A stretch of 64,000 bases of DNA, taken from NCBI GenBank assembly GCA_963842805.1, contig CAWJIA010000011.1:23649-87648 (forward strand). Direction: 5' to 3'. Positions 59,920 to 64,000 of this stretch are shown one piece after another. Both the position numbers and the translations under genes were made by a program. The stretch comes from an uncultured Chloroflexia bacterium (GTDB lineage Bacteria; Chloroflexota; Dehalococcoidia; GIF9; UBA5629). Within the stretch, counting starts at the first letter, position 1. Each line of letters starts with the position of its first letter. Under the pieces are notes generated by a model. It saw only the letters and a list, made by a program, of their open reading frames with translations, searched no databases and had not been told where the DNA came from.

Positions 59920-62361
59920 ATGAGTAGAGTAATGACTGAAAAAAGCACCGGGACACCGTGGCCGGAGCTTAGTGACGATCTCCGCATGCTCAGACAGAAT
60001 GTCTCGATCAAGGTGTCCAGGAATGTTCGGCAGGGATACCAGAAAGATGAGCACAAACGGGGCATGTACCGGTCAAGCATCAAACTGAATGTGGAAAGGA
60101 ATCGCCTTTTGACCGAATCATACAAGGCTACGGAAAGCGAACCAATGGTCCTGCGGCGGGCAAAGGCCCTGGCGCATATCCTAAGGAATATGAGTATATT
60201 CATTGTCCCGAACTCCCGTATTGTTGGCCACTCCGGGTCAACACCAAACGATCTTTATTATCCCATAGAGGTGAACTGGAAATCTGCCTGGCGGGCCATG
60301 AATTCGGATGACGCTCGCGAGATCCTGGATGATGAGGGACGCGCCGAGATGGAGAAAATTGTTGAATACTGGAAAGGCAAGACCCTGAGTGACCTGCGCA
60401 AAAATGCCTTCAAGGGAGACCTGGAAAAATACTTCACATATGAAGGAACATTCCTCTGGTCCCACTGGGACGAACTGGGAATTCCCAACTATGAAAAACT
60501 GTTGACAAAAGGGATCAACGGAATAAAGAAGGAAGCTGAAGAAAAACTAAAGAAGGTAATAGCATCGATTCCCGATGACTACCTTGAGCAGTGTGAATTT
60601 TTAGAAGCTGTTATCATCAGCTTGGAGGCAACAATCGATTTTGCCCGAAGGTATGCTAAAAAGGCAAAGGAGATTGCCAAAAGTGAAAAAAATGGGGCAT
60701 GGAAAAGGCAGCTTGAGCAGATTGCGGAAGTCTGCCGCCGAGTACCTGCTGAGCCAGCAACTACTTACTACGAAGCTCTGCAGTCCTTTTGGTTTATCAA
60801 CCTGATCACCAGACAGATCGAGCTTGTGAGCCTCGGATGCGGCGCCAGGTTTGATGCCCTCTTTGGTCCGTACTATCAGAATGATCTTGCCGAGGGCAGA
60901 ATTACCAGGGAAGAGGCGCTTGAGCTAATGGAGCATCTTTTGTTGAAGTTTGAGGAGTCGGGGATGTGGTATTCACCACTGGTCACCGGTATTTATGGCG
61001 GTGTCCAGCAGCTCCAAGGAATCACCCTGGGCGGTATTGACGAAAACGGACATGATGTCACCAATGACATAACATATATAACCCTTGAGGCTGCCAGAAA
61101 GCTTTACATCCTTCAACCGACCATCGCCCTGAGGGTGCACAAAAACACTCCCAAGGAACTTCTTGCAGCAGCCACGGACGTCATAAGAACCGGAGTCGGG
61201 TATCCCTCCCTGTTTAATGACGAGGCACTGATTCCTCTCCTGCATGAATGGAAGGTTGCTGAAAAGGACATCTATAATTACTCCGTCAGCGGATGCGTTT
61301 ATCTTGACGTCCCCGGTAAAAACCTGGTTCGCAGGGCATCAGGCTATTTTGTACTTCCGAAATGTCTGTGGTGGGCTCTGCACCGGGGCGTTAATCCAAA
61401 GACAGGCGAGCAATACGGTGCACGGACGCCTGACCCTGAAACCTTCACCGGCATCCAGGATGTTATTGAAGCGTATCTCGATCAGGTCAGATTCTTCTTC
61501 GGCAAGATGGTAAAGCTGGAGAACACCTCCAGAGGACTCTACCGGGAATATGCGCCCAGGCCTTTCCTGTCAGCCTTCCTGGACGGCTGCATAGAGCGTG
61601 GGCAGGATACAAGAAGATGGGCCTATCCCTCAAACATGAACTCCTTTAACATCATCATCGGTCCGACCAATGTGGCCGATTCCCTGGCTGCGATAAAGAA
61701 GCTGGTTTTTGATGACAAGGAATTGACCATGCGGGAGTTCATCGACATCCTGGATAAAAACTGGGAAGGTCATGAAGATCTTCGCCAGAGGGTCATAAAC
61801 CAGGTCCCCAAATTTGGCAATGATGACGACTATGTTGATCTTCTTGCCAAGGAGGTTCACGAACGTTCAGAAGCTATCTATCAGGAGTTTACCGATGAGC
61901 ACGGTGCTAAATGGAGAGGTGACGGAAGCGGCGTATCTGCGACATATGGCCTTGGACCCGGAACACCGGCCACACCCGATGGTAGAAAAGACGGCGAGCC
62001 TTTTTCCGATGCTACCCTGTCGCCAATGCTTGGCCGGGATATAAACGGCCCCACTGCCGTTCTGGCATCATGCGCCAAAATCAAACCCCTTAATCAGCTT
62101 CTGAATCAGAAGTTCCTTCCCCAGTTTCTGGATGACGAGCATAAGGAACAGTTTATCAGCTACCTCAGGTCCTGGTGCGATATGGGAGTCCCTCATATCC
62201 AGTTTAATGTCGTGGACAATGCAACCTTGAGGGATGCCCAGAAACATCCCCAAAAGTACACCAACCTGATTGTAAGAGTTGCAGGTTACAGCACCTATTT
62301 CGTGGATCTCAGCAAAGGCCTGCAGAACCATATTATTGCAAGGGCAGAACAGCAGTTTTAG
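59920..62361 (+). CDS. Glycyl radical enzyme, paralog 3 (mosaic; C-terminal ~350 aa almost identical to paralog 2)
   Basis: 813 aa; identical first 40 aa and last ~330 aa to paralog 2, divergent central region and Cys-loop cassette SGCVYLDVPGKNLVR. Confidence 0.85.
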   Translation: MSRVMTEKSTGTPWPELSDDLRMLRQNVSIKVSRNVRQGYQKDEHKRGMYRSSIKLNVERNRLLTESYKATESEPMVLRRAKALAHILRNMSIFIVPNSRIVGHSGSTPNDLYYPIEVNWKSAWRAMNSDDAREILDDEGRAEMEKIVEYWKGKTLSDLRKNAFKGDLEKYFTYEGTFLWSHWDELGIPNYEKLLTKGINGIKKEAEEKLKKVIASIPDDYLEQCEFLEAVIISLEATIDFARRYAKKAKEIAKSEKNGAWKRQLEQIAEVCRRVPAEPATTYYEALQSFWFINLITRQIELVSLGCGARFDALFGPYYQNDLAEGRITREEALELMEHLLLKFEESGMWYSPLVTGIYGGVQQLQGITLGGIDENGHDVTNDITYITLEAARKLYILQPTIALRVHKNTPKELLAAATDVIRTGVGYPSLFNDEALIPLLHEWKVAEKDIYNYSVSGCVYLDVPGKNLVRRASGYFVLPKCLWWALHRGVNPKTGEQYGARTPDPETFTGIQDVIEAYLDQVRFFFGKMVKLENTSRGLYREYAPRPFLSAFLDGCIERGQDTRRWAYPSNMNSFNIIIGPTNVADSLAAIKKLVFDDKELTMREFIDILDKNWEGHEDLRQRVINQVPKFGNDDDYVDLLAKEVHERSEAIYQEFTDEHGAKWRGDGSGVSATYGLGPGTPATPDGRKDGEPFSDATLSPMLGRDINGPTAVLASCAKIKPLNQLLNQKFLPQFLDDEHKEQFISYLRSWCDMGVPHIQFNVVDNATLRDAQKHPQKYTNLIVRVAGYSTYFVDLSKGLQNHIIARAEQQF

Positions 62362-62392
62362 CGCATAAATAAAAGATGAAGCGAGGACGAAA

Positions 62393-64000
62393 ATGAGTAG
62401 AGTAATGACTGAAAAAAGCACCGGGACACCGTGGCCGGAGCTTAGTGACGATCTCCGCATGCTCAGACAGAATGTCTCGATCAAGGTGTCCAGGAATGTT
62501 CGGCAGGGGTATGAGAAAGATGAGCACAAACGGGGTATGTACAGAACAAGCATCAAGCTGAATGTTGTAAGGAATCGCCTTTTGACCGAATCATACAAGG
62601 CTACGGAAGGCGAACCAATGGTCCTGCGGCGGGCAAAGGCCCTGGCCCACATCCTGAGAAATCTGCCTGTTTATATTACGCCCCACGAGCGCATTGTCGG
62701 CCATTCAGGAGCAACCCCGGACGATCTTTTCTACCCCATAGAGGTGAACTGGAAATCTGCCTGGCGGGCCATGAACTCCGATGACGCTCGCGAGATCCTG
62801 GATGATGAGGGACGCGCCGAGATGGAGAAGATTGTTGAATACTGGAAAGGCAAGACCCTGAGTGACCTGCACAAGAATGCCTTTAAGGGAGACCTGGAAA
62901 AATACTTCAAGTTTGAAGGAACATTCCTCTGGTCTCTGTTTGACTCAGGGTCCATCCCTAATTATGAAAGGCTGTTCAAAATTGGCCTGAAAGGTCTCAG
63001 AAAAGAGGCAGAGGAAAGGCTTCAGGAAGTGATTGACACCATTCCTGATAATTACCTTGAACAGCATGATTTTTTGCAGGGCGTTTTGATCACTCTGGAT
63101 GCAGCAGTGGATTTTGCCCGAAGATATGCGGAAAGAGCAAGAGAGGACGCTGCCAAGGAGAATGATCCAAAAAGGAAGAAGGAGCTTGAGCAGATCGCCA
63201 GAATTTGTGACCGGGTGCCTGAAAATCCGGCACAAACCCTGCACGAGGCCCTTCAGTTCTTCTGGTTTATTACCCTGATTAAGGGGCAGATGGAGTTCGC
63301 CAACCTCGGAGGCGGCGGACGGTTTGACCTTCTCTTTTATCCGCTCTATAAGAAGGAGCTTTCCAAAGGAAAGATCACCAGACGGGAAGCCATTGAACTG
63401 TTGCAGCACCTGTTCGTACATTTCGAGGAGTCGGGGGAGTGGTTTTCTCCCATGATCACCGGTATCTATGGAGGTGTCCAGCAGCTTGAGGGAATCACCC
63501 TGGGCGGTATTGACGAAAACGGACATGATGTCACCAATGATATGACATATATATGCCTTGAAGCAGCTAAGGGCCTCCGTCAGCTTCAGCCGACCATCGC
63601 CCTGAGGGTGCACAAAAACACTCCCAAGGAACTTCTTGCAGCAGCCACGGACGTCATAAGAACCGGAGTCGGGTATCCCTCCCTGTTTAATGACGAGGCA
63701 CTGATTCCTCTCATAAATAAATGGGGTACCCCCCTGAAGGACGCCAGAAATTATCATGTACCCGGTTGTGTGTACCTTGATATTCCCGGGAAAAACAATA
63801 ATGCAAGGCGTGCATCAGGCTATTTTGTACTTCCGAAATGTCTGTGGTGGGCTCTGCACCGGGGCGTTAATCCAAAGACAGGCGAGCAATACGGTGCACG
63901 GACGCCTGACCCTGAAACCTTCACCGGCATCCAGGATGTTATTGAAGCGTATCTCGATCAGGTCAGATTCTTCTTCGGCAAGATGGTAAAGCTGGAGAAC
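62393..64000 (+). CDS. Glycyl radical enzyme, paralog 4 (5' partial, runs off window end; mosaic of paralog 2 with a distinct cassette)
   Basis: open frame from ATG 62393 to window end; nearly identical to paralog 2 except LHKNAFK, WSLFDSGSIP, and the segment MEFANLGGGGRFDLLFYPLYKKELSKGKITRREAIELLQ; Cys loop PGCVYLDIPGKNNN. Confidence 0.8.
   Translation, partial: MSRVMTEKSTGTPWPELSDDLRMLRQNVSIKVSRNVRQGYEKDEHKRGMYRTSIKLNVVRNRLLTESYKATEGEPMVLRRAKALAHILRNLPVYITPHERIVGHSGATPDDLFYPIEVNWKSAWRAMNSDDAREILDDEGRAEMEKIVEYWKGKTLSDLHKNAFKGDLEKYFKFEGTFLWSLFDSGSIPNYERLFKIGLKGLRKEAEERLQEVIDTIPDNYLEQHDFLQGVLITLDAAVDFARRYAERAREDAAKENDPKRKKELEQIARICDRVPENPAQTLHEALQFFWFITLIKGQMEFANLGGGGRFDLLFYPLYKKELSKGKITRREAIELLQHLFVHFEESGEWFSPMITGIYGGVQQLEGITLGGIDENGHDVTNDMTYICLEAAKGLRQLQPTIALRVHKNTPKELLAAATDVIRTGVGYPSLFNDEALIPLINKWGTPLKDARNYHVPGCVYLDIPGKNNNARRASGYFVLPKCLWWALHRGVNPKTGEQYGARTPDPETFTGIQDVIEAYLDQVRFFFGKMVKLEN

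Noticed and set aside
1-64000. Search for tRNA, rRNA and CRISPR arrays
   Set aside because: No cloverleaf-compatible GTTC...GAAC T-arm/acceptor patterns, no rRNA-like conserved stretches and no regularly spaced short repeats were seen. The repeats at 51.2-52.8 kb are irregular in spacing and orientation, unlike CRISPR.

Overview
This 64 kb window looks like a chromosomal segment from a monoderm Chloroflexota, probably Dehalococcoidia-like. That placement is an inference from the gene content. The cell-division cluster is reduced to mraZ-rsmH-ftsA-ftsZ with no mur/ftsW/ftsI genes, there is a class II ribonucleotide reductase with NrdR, and a BNR/Asp-box surface protein of the kind used as S-layer in Dehalococcoides.

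Main blocks, in order:
- 1-11 kb: housekeeping genes (proC fragment, YggS, acyl-CoA dehydrogenase, leuS, def, priA, rplS, trmD), plus an odd Pro/Gly/Met/Gln-rich CARDB membrane protein.
- 11-20 kb: the minimal mraZ-rsmH-ftsA-ftsZ division cluster, nrdR-nrdJ, and an unusual three-module GAF / PD-(D/E)xK-like / Hpt fusion protein.
- 20.5-34.1 kb: a complete secretin-less type IV pilus locus (prepilin peptidase, pilin, PilT, a PilM-PilN fusion, PilO, a PilX_N-type giant minor pilin, two minor pilins, PilC, PilB). It also carries a Wzy_C-like/TPR membrane protein next to the pilin, and an uncharacterised lead gene with zinc ribbons and a tandem duplicated C-terminal domain.
- 34.4-42.1 kb: a 1137-aa BNR-repeat cell-surface (S-layer-like) protein with a possible glycosylation module (SAM methyltransferase, prenyltransferase-repeat protein, two tandem GT4 paralogs).
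- 42-51 kb: housekeeping genes (gpmA, nadE, rubrerythrin, MarC, ThiF-like, rpoD, a zinc-ribbon protein, a DEAD-box helicase).
- 51.2-52.8 kb: a repeat-dense 1.6 kb non-coding region.
- 52.8-64.0 kb: the most interesting locus. A double-domain TetR regulator is followed by a tandem array of at least four glycyl-radical-enzyme (GRE) paralogs and a single GRE-activating radical-SAM enzyme.

In the GRE array, copies 2-4 are nearly identical mosaics that differ in short cassettes around the catalytic Cys loop. The Cys loop reads G-C-V-Y, which is neither the PFL C-C dyad nor the C-x-E of the eliminases as I recall them. The array continues past the window end.

No rRNA, tRNA or CRISPR array was seen.
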